This document shows, piece after piece, positions 51,991-64,000 of a stretch of DNA of 64,000 nt. The notes under the pieces are model-generated. The model was not told where the DNA came from. It did no database searches and saw nothing but the letters and a program-made list of their open reading frames with translations. How positions within the stretch are numbered: the first letter of the stretch is position 1; each line of letters begins with the position of its first letter. The translations under genes were made by a program, and so were the position numbers. This DNA is from Eledone cirrhosa (lineage: Eukaryota): assembly GCA_964016885.1 (NCBI GenBank), contig OZ024741.1, positions 82,026,001 through 82,090,000 on the forward strand. Direction: 5' to 3'.

Positions 51991-53655
51991 GCCGATATAT
52001 ATATATTTAATGACTCAAATATATTTACAAAGGTTTTACAAATTTTAGATTCCTTTCGATGGAAATCTTCGGATTGTCTTATTTTATAATAGGCAGCCCA
52101 TCTCTGATTGTAACAATTTTTGTTTTTGATTATTTTTTGTTCGATGATTTTTAAACGTAAACGAAAGAATAAACAAAATTAGATGATGAGATTAACTTGC
52201 AGCATTGTCAGACTCTCAGTATCGAATATCACACCCTGTGTGGTCTTAAGCAGAGCAGAGCGGGTAAGAGGTTTACTTCGAAATCACGTTAGAATGCTTG
52301 ATTCGAGGCTCATGTGTGCTTAATTTCCAAGATCTCTATCGACCACGTTGTGTTTGCACCTTTCATTTGTGTCAATAGTTGTGTTGAATGCAAGTCCAAA
52401 AGAGTCAATCCCTATTTGCATAAACCTGTGATTAAACACGTACATGATGGCTGGAATAGCTAGAATGAGCGCCAGTGCTGTCATAGGCGAACTGAAAATG
52501 TAAATGCCGATATTTTATTAATTACAGCTACTCGCAGCTCTGAACTTTTATTCTATTCATAAAAGAATATCAGACTGATGCAATTTTATGTAAATAGAAT
52601 TTATATATATTTTCCAGATTCCTTTCAGTAGAAATCATCCTCTTCCGTTTATATTTAGGAGAAGGCCATCTCTGACTCTGAAAATTTTTATAGAATTGAA
52701 AAATAAATATTATGAAAATAAGTATGAAACTGGCGTTTCGTTACATCAACCTTTCTAACCCTTCGGAAATAAATTGAATGAGTCATATTGTATATGTTAT
52801 CTAATTTTAACCAAACGTTATACGACACAAGTAACACATATAAAATTGAAGGGGTAACAATTGAAATAATGGAAGAACATTAAAAATAAGTAAATCACAA
52901 TAATGCGAACAGAATCCAATGTCATTTCTGAAATAATTAAATTACAGTAATATAACATGATTTCTCCGGTGATATCTTTACCTTATATTAAAAAAAATAA
53001 TCATGACATTGCAGATAGTTTATTTATATTTTTCTCTTCGTTGAAGATATATGATCCTCAAGCAATAACACTTAACGTATGTAACTATGAAAATAAAATC
53101 GTTATGCCAGAATCTGTTATGTAAAAGCAAAAGTTATAATAACGTCATATAAATTTAAATCTTTGTGTGAAGATTTCTTTCTTGAATGTGATATGAAATG
53201 TGCGTGTTGATTTGGTTGTACTTTGCAAATCATCCTGAAGTTATTTTCATTCATTCATGAGTATTTCTTTCAATTCCATCATTAAAACGATGAATGCGAC
53301 ACACCAGCCCTCGGATAGGAACGCAAACATTGTTCACTAAAAGTAGTTTGTGAATATTGAATCATTTGATACCAACTCACACAAAATCCCCTCTGGTTTA
53401 ATGAAACAAATCACCCATTCTAAAGTGTATTTATTTAACAATAAAATGTTCCTACAACATTTTATATGAGAAAGTTTTGTTAAATTATGTTACAAACGAA
53501 GCAAATGATTTGTTGTGCGTCCAAAAAGAATCAGAATTGATCAATTACGTAATTGATCAATCCTGATTCTTTATGAACGCGCAAAGTACTAGATATTTTT
53601 TATCGAACTCAAAATGATGAAAGGCAAAATTATCCTTTGCGGGATTTGATATCAG

Positions 53656-53692
<37 letters not shown>

Positions 53693-53700
53693 TAGAGAGA

Positions 53701-53770
<70 letters not shown>

Positions 53771-54955
53771 GAACGAACACTGCAAATAATTTTATCTAAC
53801 GTTTTAACGACTGTGTCAATTCTTCACCGACATTTTAAAGATTGAGTTTCCTGAGATCAGAACGACATGTTATCAATATCATATAAGCACGACTTCTCAA
53901 AACATATTTCTGCCACTCGTAGCTCCATCCAATTTATAAGGATTGAACATTCATTGTAGGCTTCTTAGATGTTTCACCGGCTGTACTATATCAAACGTGA
54001 CTCTATTTGCGATAGCTAAAGTTACAGTGCCTTTCATATGAGTATATTATCTAGATTGCACTCGTGTTTTGATATCAAGTTAATATTACTGTCATTCCAT
54101 TTTCAGGTTTTAGAGAGTGACTTAGCAGAGACGTTAAAACAGCGGATAGAATGCTTAGGATTATGCGTTCAAGTTTTTTGCGCTTTAAGTTCAAATCCCA
54201 AGGGCGATAAAATAGTACCAGTTTAGTAGTGAACTCGACTTGTTTGTTATAAGTCTTTCTCACCTACTCTCTCCCCTGCTTTGGAAGAAAAAGGCTGTGT
54301 TAAGACTTATAGAAGGGTATGGCTCTTGCCAAGATTAAGTTCCCCAAGACATGCCGTATGTCCAGACGGTGCCGCTTAGACTTCCCCAGGAATTGCAGGT
54401 CAATACAAAAGACATTATTTATAAAACAGATATATGTGCTATATGTGCTGTGACCGTTTGCATATTCATATCTATATCTAACGTAAAGTGTTAGTCTTGT
54501 TTCTCGTTATTCCTCTTAATTTGACAGGTCGAAAGTAGATAAATAGAAAGGTGTAATGTGTAGTTGAGTTGATATGATCTAGTAAACCACTAAGATGAGT
54601 GCTCCAGCAAATTCGTATTACAATACCTTGAACCAGTAAACGCAAAAGAATGTACTCATTATATATATCTCTCTCACTCTTTCTATCTATCTCTACCCTC
54701 TCTATCAATCTCTCTCTGTCATTTGCTCTCCCCCATCTCTCTCTGTACACACAAACACACACACGCACAGACACATATATGCCTTTCTACGGTTGATAAG
54801 TATTCTTACTCTCCTCACGTACGCATTGTTATCGTTCTCTCTGAAACGTAACCATATGTATATGGTACACACACGCATACACACGCACAGAAACACAAAC
54901 ACACGCAACATATATACATATATATATGTATATATACATACATATACATGCATAC

Positions 54956-55004
<49 letters not shown>

Positions 55005-55076
55005 GATATATTTATACACGTATATACCTTATATATATATATATACCTATATATATACATACTTATATAAACATAC

Positions 55077-55128
<52 letters not shown>

Positions 55129-56641
55129 TATATGCATACATATGCACACACACGTACCCACTTTCCATTCCTATGATTTTGATCAGGCTGTCATGTCACT
55201 TACTAGTGGCTGCACAAGAGACATAAATTATGATTTTCTTTGTTGTGACATTTCTGTTCTGTTACATTTCCTCGGCTCTACTTGCTATTATTCCCGTCTC
55301 GCTTTACTGACAGTAATTAGTGAGGAAAAAATACTATGAACAAAAAAATCGAAAATACAAACAAAACTAGATGGGGAGATTAAGTTGCAGTACTGTCAGC
55401 CAGTCAGCAGTGGATATCACTTTCAAAGATATGGAGGCGTGAATGTCCTGGCTAGAAAGGTCGCGTGGCATTAATGGGGCTTCGTGTTCGATACTAATGT
55501 GTAGCAACTTTGGCAAGTTGCTCACCAAGGCGGCGTTATTGTGCATGATTTGAAGGCATTCGTCTATTATATCAAGGTTTTGCGACCATGTGGTAACGAA
55601 GCTGAGTCCAATCGACTCTGCCCCTATTTGCATAAACATGCGTGTATATATATATCTAGCTTTTATTATTGGCCTGCATCATCACACCTGATTTTAAGTT
55701 ATACATCTAACAAATCACCTTCACTACAGTTAGCTGCCACCACCAACATCAATAGGCAACCTCCATTCTGTATATGATGGTTGTTGATGGGTTAAGAGAA
55801 AACGAATACTTCTGGGAAATATATCCTGTTTTGAAAACAAAGCTAAGCCCATCTATTAAAAACGTATAGGCGTGTATTCAAATTAAAGCTAGTGTTTGTA
55901 TACTCGGATAAATTGTTTTACGATATTTAACTAGGCTCCTTTATATTTTTTATATAGATCTCGTCATAAGGGTAGTGACTTGGCAGAACTGGCTGATCAT
56001 CAGATAAAATGCAAATGAAGTATTTGTTTTGGGTCTTTATAATCTGAGTTGAAATCCCGCAAAGCATAACGCGGTTGTTAAATTAAAGCACCAATCAAGT
56101 TCTGGGGATAATTGAACTAATCTTGCACTTCTTCCTAATTTACTGGCTTTGTGCCTCAGTTAAAAATCAATATAAATCGTCATAGTCTATTTTGTTTATC
56201 ACCCTCACGACGGTGATATATGGGAGTATGAGTATTATTTATGTAAATCATCTGCTGTGGACGCAGAATGCCAGAGTATTTTGCGAGGTTCTCTTAGAAA
56301 TCATAATATTTCGGGTTTGATCACATGGATAGAAATCTGTGGTAATTGTCATTTATCATAGACTTTGGCTGATACAAGCCTTGTTAGTGAAAGTGGATAA
56401 CATTAAATTGCTTGGTAGCCATTCGGAGGCATTGTACTTGTAAATCGTAGGTCCAGATTTATCACATATTGTGCAACACTGATTCAGTTTGGTACTAATA
56501 TTAAGGGTGCCTTTGTCTGTGAAATACTCAACCATTTACGCACTAATTCCCAAATCAGACGGTCACTTGATCGGAAATTCAATAATCATCTATTGCTAGC
56601 AGTAGGCAAATGAGATACTACCATTATTTTGTATGTATATC

Positions 56642-56818
56642 GGCGGTGGATTGGCAGTATCGGTAGAGGGTCGGACGCCATGCTTTGCAGCACAGTTACG
56701 TCCCTTTACGGATTGAGTTCAAATCCCGCCGAGCTTAACTTTGCCTTTCATCCTTACGGGGTCGATAAAATAAAGTACCACTGGGATAATTGCTGGCCTT
56801 GTGCCAAAAGTAGAAACA
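56642..56818 (+). mobile_element. tRNA-derived SINE, full length
   Basis: Family of 12444; B-box gagttcaaatccc. 19-bp TSD attattttgtatgtatatc at 56623-56641 and 56819-56837. Confidence 0.9.
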
Positions 56819-57257
56819 ATTATTTTGTATGTATATCCCCATTGTTTTAGAAAGTAAAATCGTACACTATCGGATATAAATGCACACCGCATCCATAGTA
56901 TATACAGTGAAAGTAAATGTTTCGATGAAAATGCCAGATAATAATGTGCGGTGCGGTATGATTAATTTACATTTTCATTTTATTATGAATGGTTTCTAAT
57001 CTCATTAACATTTCTAACAGGTTTCACCAATATTTTTGTGTGATTAATTATACTGAAATGTATTTCTTGATTAATTCTATATAAGAAAATATATATTTAG
57101 GCTTGCTCTCAATTAGATTTCAGGTCATAATCTCTAGACACAACATAATCCTATAAATACTAAAGTTTTGGAACATAATCCAATAACAACAAAATTATTC
57201 AATGTCATGATTTGAAGTACACTTATACAGTTGTGATTTAATTACTTACAAAAACTA

Positions 57258-57419
<162 letters not shown>

Positions 57420-57831
57420 GGAAATTGTCTGCGTCTGTGTATGTGCTTCATATTCAGAAATAAGAAAACTAATACTCACGATTCCATATGTACTTTATAT
57501 GCCTGGTCACAAGAAAGCTAATGGTAGTAAATATTTTGATGTATAAAATTGATGAATGATTCATTAAAAAAATAAGGATGTTTTTTCTCTTATTCATACT
57601 GAAAAATCCGGCAATTTTGTTTTCCAATAAAGAAAAAAAAAAGAACCAAACACAGTGATGCGTGTACAAAATCAGATACGGAGAAAAGAGACACATATAT
57701 ACAATAGCCATCTAATAAAATGTGACGTGATTATGAATGAAAGCGGTTTGAAAACAAAGTGTAAAATTAATAGATCTGTTTTAAGATTCGATACACATTT
57801 CACGACGTGTACGTGTATGTTTGCGTGTCTT

Positions 57832-57926
<95 letters not shown>

Positions 57927-58409
57927 GAAAATACATGTTAATCCCGAGGTCTAATACCTTGTAAAATTTGATTTGATTTGGTCTAGCTGTTTGAGAATGT
58001 ATAGGAAACAGACAGACGGGATTAACATGTATTTTCATTTTTTTTATTTGGATTAAAACAATGTAACATTTTAGTTAAAATAATCTTTCTATGGTCAACT
58101 AAAAGTAAACGATATTTCATAACACGTCAACAACGATGACGACGTCACATTTTGTATATGATTGTGTATGTACCTGTGAGTGTGTGTGTGTTCGCGTGTT
58201 CGTTACGTACGTTAGGCCTTAGTAAGTTGCATGCACATTATCTTCACATAAATATGTAATCAGATACACAGAATTAAATACACACATACATCTACACATA
58301 GATATCTATTGACTGACAAGCGTATGTGTGTGAGAATAAATATATTTCTGTGACGACTGATTTAACGAACACACACATTCACACACACACACACATTCAC
58401 AAATACACA

Positions 58410-58512
<103 letters not shown>

Positions 58513-58735
58513 ACACACACAAACAGAAACACACACGCACACATATACACCATCTAATAAGAGAGAGACACAGAGGGCGAGGCAGAGAGAGAGAGAGAGT
58601 GAGGGCGTTATACAGAGCGAGATACAATTAAAGTGTTAGATATTCAGAGAGACAGTGAGAGAGATAGATAGATAGGTAGATAGATAGATAGAGAGATAGG
58701 CAGATAGATAGATAGGTACAGAGAGAGAAAGAGAC

Positions 58736-58803
<68 letters not shown>

Positions 58804-58989
58804 GGGGGGGTAGGAGAAACTAAAATATTAAGGCAAGAAGAAAGACTATCGCAATAGAGATTCAATATGAAAATCACCAATAGGCAATGACAGTTGCGAT
58901 GCAAACTCGACAAGAACAAACGATTCTTCAAGGCAGAATAAACTGGCTAAGAGCTGTGTTTTCATATTATCCAGAGAAATGATCGTAAA

Positions 58990-59431
58990 GTCGCGATTGG
59001 TAGCATCGATATTACACTTGGCATGTGTTGCTTAGGAGGAAACGTCAGACTTCCACAGATAAAGGACCCTCCAGATCTTATCTGCTGAGAGACCATACTA
59101 ACGAAGCTAAACACTTCAGAAGCAATGTTATGCGGTATATTGCTGCATTTCCGATGACGTCCTTTGGAGAAAAAAAAATCATACTGCCTGTGGTTATTTC
59201 ACAACGTTTAAAATCCAAGGCCAATGCTACCATTTAGTCGGTTGTTTACTCCACCAGCCTAATAAGGAAGTTTTATGGTTGTTTTTTATGTCTCTCTCTC
59301 TTTCTCTGACACACACACATTACGGTCACACCTCATACTGTAAACCAGACAACACATCCAATACAGTCGTTTTCTTTTTTATCCGTTTTCTCTTAACTGT
59401 TCTCCCGGGCAAAGCCGGGTAGCTCACCTAG
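58990..59431 (+). mobile_element. Internally deleted Helitron: Rep N-terminal remnant and 3' terminus
   Basis: HFRSNVMRYIAAFPMTSFG and FKIQGQCYHLVGCLLP; hairpin cccgggcaaagccggg (59404-59419) and CTAG|t (59428-59432). Confidence 0.8.
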
Positions 59432-59463
<32 letters not shown>

Positions 59464-59465
59464 TA

Positions 59466-60062
59466 ACCTTTTTTAGCGTATTGCTCGCACCAGCCTGAGG
59501 TATCTGATTTTTAATGCGATGAAATACCAATGATGGTTGGTAAATCACTGACGAAGGACTATTTTTATCATATGTAACCCATGTGCAAACCACGCAGTAT
59601 TCTTCTTTCTTCTCATGTTTTTTATATATATTTACCTCGGTTGCGTTTGTCTGTTTCTCTCTTACTGCTTCCTCGCTCTCTCTGTTTCTCTCACCTTCTT
59701 TCGCCCCTCTGTCAGTTACACTTTCTCTCGACTGACCGCTTCCTCGCACTTCCACTCACTCACTCTCTGTTTCTCCCCTTCTCACTTCCTCCCGTTGGGT
59801 CTTTTCTTGCTTCCATCTCACTCACGTCGGACGTCTGTACTAATCTCTCATGAAATGCACCCAGCTTATGCTGACCAGGACTACCATGCTGCTTGTTTAT
59901 TTCCTTTCTTTGGTTTGTTATTATCCTTCTATGTTGTTCACTTGTCCCCCTCGCTTTACGCGATTACTGGTCCCAATCACTTTTTTTAGCTTATTGCTCG
60001 TACCAACCTGAGGTATCTGATTTTTAATGCCATGAAATACCAATGATGGTTGGCAAATCACT
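59466..60062. mobile_element. Non-coding unit with ~80 bp terminal direct repeats between (TA)n tracts
   Basis: ttttttagc.tattgctcg.acca.cctgaggtatctgatttttaatgc.atgaaataccaatgatggttgg.aaatcact at ~59469 and ~59982. Confidence 0.6.
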
Positions 60063-60289
60063 TTCTTCTTATGTTTTATATATATATATATAGAGAGAGA
60101 GGGGGTGAAAAGATGGAATAGAAAATGCAACTGGAGTCTTTTTTTTAAATATATATTTATTTGGTCCTTTACCGGATTCGCAGTTCTGCTTTTCAAAAGT
60201 AGAATTGAGATGGAGGATTTGTGGTTTTTCTCACATCTCATTTATATATATATATACACATATGTGTATGTGTGTTTGTATGTGTGTGT

Positions 60290-60559
60290 GCGGGGAGGGT
60301 CATATTGTTGTAATAATATAGCCAGAATTAATAACAGAACACACTCAGTGTTTGGTTGGTTTTCGCTTCTGTATCTTTTGTATCAGTTAATTCATTCGGT
60401 CCTCAATGTTTACCATTGACTGACCAACGGTAAAAAATACAGATATAATATAGACACAAACACATATTTATATAGTCTAACAAAGTTCTTTCGCTACCCA
60501 TCAGCAACATCGTCAGTGGTGCTATTATGTTCCTCCTGTTGTATTGTATATCTACGCCC

Positions 60560-60565
<6 letters not shown>
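60290..60565 (-). mobile_element. Diverged family-B-like PLE 3' end with HHR at 60478-60521
   Basis: gggagggtcat and caaagttctttcg are shared with family B. Minus strand CTGACGA-t gttgc tgatgg gtagc-GAAA-gaac-TT. Confidence 0.6.
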
Positions 60566-60625
<60 letters not shown>

Positions 60626-60658
60626 GTATATATATATGTATATAAATATATATATATA

Positions 60659-60730
<72 letters not shown>

Positions 60731-61785
60731 CTTAATAAAAAATAATGAATAAAAACAAAGAAACAGTTCCTTATATTAAAAAAATTCATCAATTTACGAT
60801 CGTTTCTAGGATATATATGTGTGTGTTGGTATGTATATCATATAGATCTATGTAAAATGTTTACAAACTATCAGAGGGAATATACATACCTACACATATT
60901 TATGCTGTCTTCAGAAATAATGATATTTGTTTATTGAAAAAAAACAACAAATATTTAATATAATAGGTCTGTTTGGGAACAGGTTTTGAATTGACCAATA
61001 GAAAGGTAGTAAGTGGTCAAGATGGTAGAATAGGTAGAATAGTAGTAATGGAACTTTAATTTAGGGGTAGAGCAAGCAGATTTCAGTTTTGAATGGAAAG
61101 AGTATAATGAACGAAAAGATTATTTTGGGGATGAAAATAGGTCAAGTCGGTAAAAGGTACACGAAAATTTGAAGTTATAAAAGAATAATGCTAATGTAAA
61201 TATCTAAGGAGAATAACATTTTACGATAAATGTGTTAGTGAAAAATATCAATCTTATTTATAACATAAGGAATTTACATCTATAAAAAGAAAATAAATTA
61301 ATTAAATTGATAGGTATATTTATATTGATAAATTTATATTAATTCATATAGATATGATAAACAAGAGTTTATCGGGGTCGATAAAATAAAGTACCAGTAA
61401 TGCACTGGATAATTGCTGGCCTTGTGCCTAAAGTAGAAACAATTATTTCTGAAGACACCATATATATGTGTAGGTATGTATATTCCCTCTGATAGTTTGT
61501 AAACATTTTACATAGATCTATATGATATACATACCAACACACACATATATATCCTAGAAACGATCGTAAAATGATGAATTTTTTAATATAAGGAAATGTT
61601 TCTTTGTTTTTATTCATTATTTTCATTAATTTATCTTGACTCTGTTTTCCTACTCTGTTTTCCTGTGTCAAAAAAAAAAAAAAGATTTTTGAATACATCT
61701 GCTTTTTTCATGATATTCGGATTACATTGAGTTCTTCATACGAATTGGACACTACTGTACATTTTGGTAGATTTATCTATCTATC
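60731..61785. mobile_element. Inverted pair of family H1 3' UTR copies joined by a SINE 3' fragment (61369-61447)
   Basis: 60742-61368 matches the 36460-37290 region (single copy of the duplicated unit); 61442-61785 is the reverse complement of 36315-36640. Extended HHRs at 60788-60921 (-) and 61442-61575 (+). Confidence 0.88.
61442..61575 (+). ncRNA. Extended-stem-II hammerhead, canonical core
   Basis: attattt-CTGAAGA(61449-55)-[101 nt with atatatatgtg/cacatatatat and ggtatgtatat/atatacatacc stems]-GAAA(61557-60)-cgatc-GTA-aaatgat. Confidence 0.72.
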
Positions 61786-64000
61786 TATATATATATAAAA
61801 CCACTTCACAAAAGAAGTTCACCTGAACGGCCATATGCCTGCGCATGATTCCGCAAAGCTAGCACGCTTCTGCATATAAGGCTCCCGGATAGTCCTTATG
61901 CACCTTATGCTCCTTATGCACTCTCATGTGTCACTTGAGGCCGGCAGCATAGCAAGAACCTATTCTGCAAAACTGACACGCATAGATCGCAGGTCTTTCA
62001 GAGATGAAACGAACATAATCGTCTACAGAGTGTTGATTGTTGTGAACTCTTAAATGACTACCAGGCCCAGCACGAGAGAAAACAACCTTTCCACAGATTT
62101 TAAAGACATAAACCGAATGGATATATCTCGGGAATGAGACCACATCACCTTCATATTCAACCCTCTTGATCTCAAAGCTATTATATCAATCACAAACCTG
62201 ACTTCTCCAACCAGATCCACTCTCTTCCTCATTTTCTCAATGCTCAACAGTAATACCAAGGATTTTCAGGTTCTTTTTGTCAATTTTTATTTTTTAAACC
62301 TTTCTTTGGTTAGTTTCTGGGGCGTTTACCAAGAGTTAGCTCTCCATACTAAATTCGCTTAGGCAATCTCTCCCCTCCCTTCAAATTTAAATGTCCGGCG
62401 CAACACAGCTGGTATCAGTTGAATACATTTCCTCTGCTGGATGTTTTTGCCTGCTGCACAACAGAGTTTTCAGTTGTAAATGACTGCTACTTAATTTTCA
62501 AAATAGGCCTTAGGCATGTTTGGTTGAATCGTACCAATATCTTGACATGATGCCGGTATGAGGTCCAAGTCTCAGAAGATTGCAAGAGAGAGTCGGAGCA
62601 TAAACAATATATAGTCAAAGAACAGCTGTGCAGTAAGTTAACACTGAGGACCATGATTCTGTCACTAACATCGTAGGTTTCATACAGATGGCTAGTTAGC
62701 TCAATTCGAATGGCAAATCCTACACTCACTCACAGTTCTCTCTCTCAGGCTTGCCCTTCCATAAAAAGAAGTGATGCAATCAGGATTCTAGCAACTGATC
62801 CTCAATACACCGTTGTTTTTCAGTGACTGCAGATATGTCAATACTATAACGAGCCATTACCTTTGCTTTCCTATCAGTTCAAAGTTCGGGATTACTGTAC
62901 ATTCTGTAGTCAAGAAGTGTCATTATGTTCCAAGTACCGACATTCATTCTGCACCTTTTCTATCTCTTAGGTTTTGCCCTGCTATTATGAACCACCCCAA
63001 TCGCAGGATGCTGGCCAGTTTGATGACTGAACAGGCTTTGTTTAGATCACTCTTTCTACACCCTTCCCATGTGGTATGAGTGAGCCGTACAACCGCTGAA
63101 TCATGTTGACTATGCAGCGACGTTAGTATAAGATTCTAGTCGTCTGCAGTAAGATTTGTCACTATGTGCTATTAACCCATCAAGTCAGCATATATTGCCA
63201 TTCTTCCATCGCCCTGGGGCATATGAAGAAATATCTACACATAAAATGTCAATTTTACGTGCTTATACGAAACACATAGTCCACATAATCCAAATGCTAT
63301 GCGTCCACTGATGAACTAATGTAAGATAACAGGGCAGTTAGGAAGATCGTATGTGTTTTGACGTGGAGTTTAATCTCTTCGGTGGGTGTAGCCGTACTTA
63401 CCATGCTTCGACAATTGCATGTTTTTAAGGGTATTTAAGTCATTGTTGACATTGTGGAATTTATCCGCGCTTTGTTATTGTGCTGTTGGGTCTTCATTTA
63501 CCCTCCCCGTCAGACATGGATACAATGGGGAGAGAGTTAATTAGCCGACCCCCCCCCCCCAACTATGAAACAAGTTATACTTGGCTTCAGGGTACCAGTA
63601 CCAGGCAGTCCAACGTACCCATACGCCACGCACATATACACGAAACATTGTGTGAAATTTCTGGAAAAAAATTATATATACATTTTTATAATTAGATACA
63701 ACAAAATTGAACTAAATGAATTTTCAGAAATGTTTAATTTCAATATTTCAATTATATTCCTGAAAATGCTTATCAAATTTCTCCCAAATATTTTCAAACA
63801 TTTTCCGGAAGTTTTTTACAAAATCTTTTTCGAAATTGAAAAAAGTTTTCCTAAAAAAATAAACCGAATATTTGACGCACAGATTTCACAATATTTTCAA
63901 AAGAAATTGTTAAATGTATTCGATGGAATTTCATGAAATATTTTCCTAAAATATTTTGAAAATATAAAAAAAAATTTTCGAAAAGATTTGGAGTAAAATA

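Noticed and set aside
52000-56600. Host gene exons in the less repetitive stretches (also 61800-63600)
   Set aside because: Only short ORFs without recognisable domains and decayed SINE-like pieces. Small exons cannot be excluded without RNA data.
59544-59980. Hammerhead with a ~400 nt stem II (CTGACGAaggacta…tggtcc)
   Set aside because: No GAAA box, stem III or helix I partner follows.
61488-61526. SECIS element in the H1/H2 stem II insert
   Set aside because: Only 8 nt separate UGA from AAA, shorter than a canonical SECIS helix, and the H1 endonuclease cysteines I could read are ordinary Cys codons; the late stop is TAG. SECISearch would settle it.
63640-64000. AT-rich ttttc/gaaaa region with a 123 aa ORF
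   Set aside because: Low-complexity degenerate repeat cut by the window end; no definable unit or domain.

Overview
This is AT-rich eukaryotic DNA saturated with microsatellites and transposons, most likely from an octopus or other coleoid cephalopod (inferred from the SINE families and repeat landscape). No host protein-coding gene is recognisable. It holds at least five kinds of Penelope-like retroelement (PLE; RT plus C-terminal GIY-YIG), almost all bounded by (TA)n tracts and arranged as head-to-head inverted pairs. About 18 type I hammerhead ribozyme (HHR) motifs were read by eye in PLE 3' regions and in short non-coding units. Other elements are a complete but decayed 7.85 kb Helitron with 15 near-identical 23-aa STPR-like repeats, smaller Helitron remnants, a decayed hAT-type transposase, R4/Dong-, CRE- and Tx1-like LINE fragments, and tRNA-derived SINEs with target-site duplications. 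The most unusual signal is a set of five HHRs from two diverged PLE families whose stem II is expanded to a 101-103 nt structured insert with a conserved apical module. One of these families carries a compensatory U3-A8 core instead of C3-G8. All structures and clade labels were derived by inspection, without folding or database searches.
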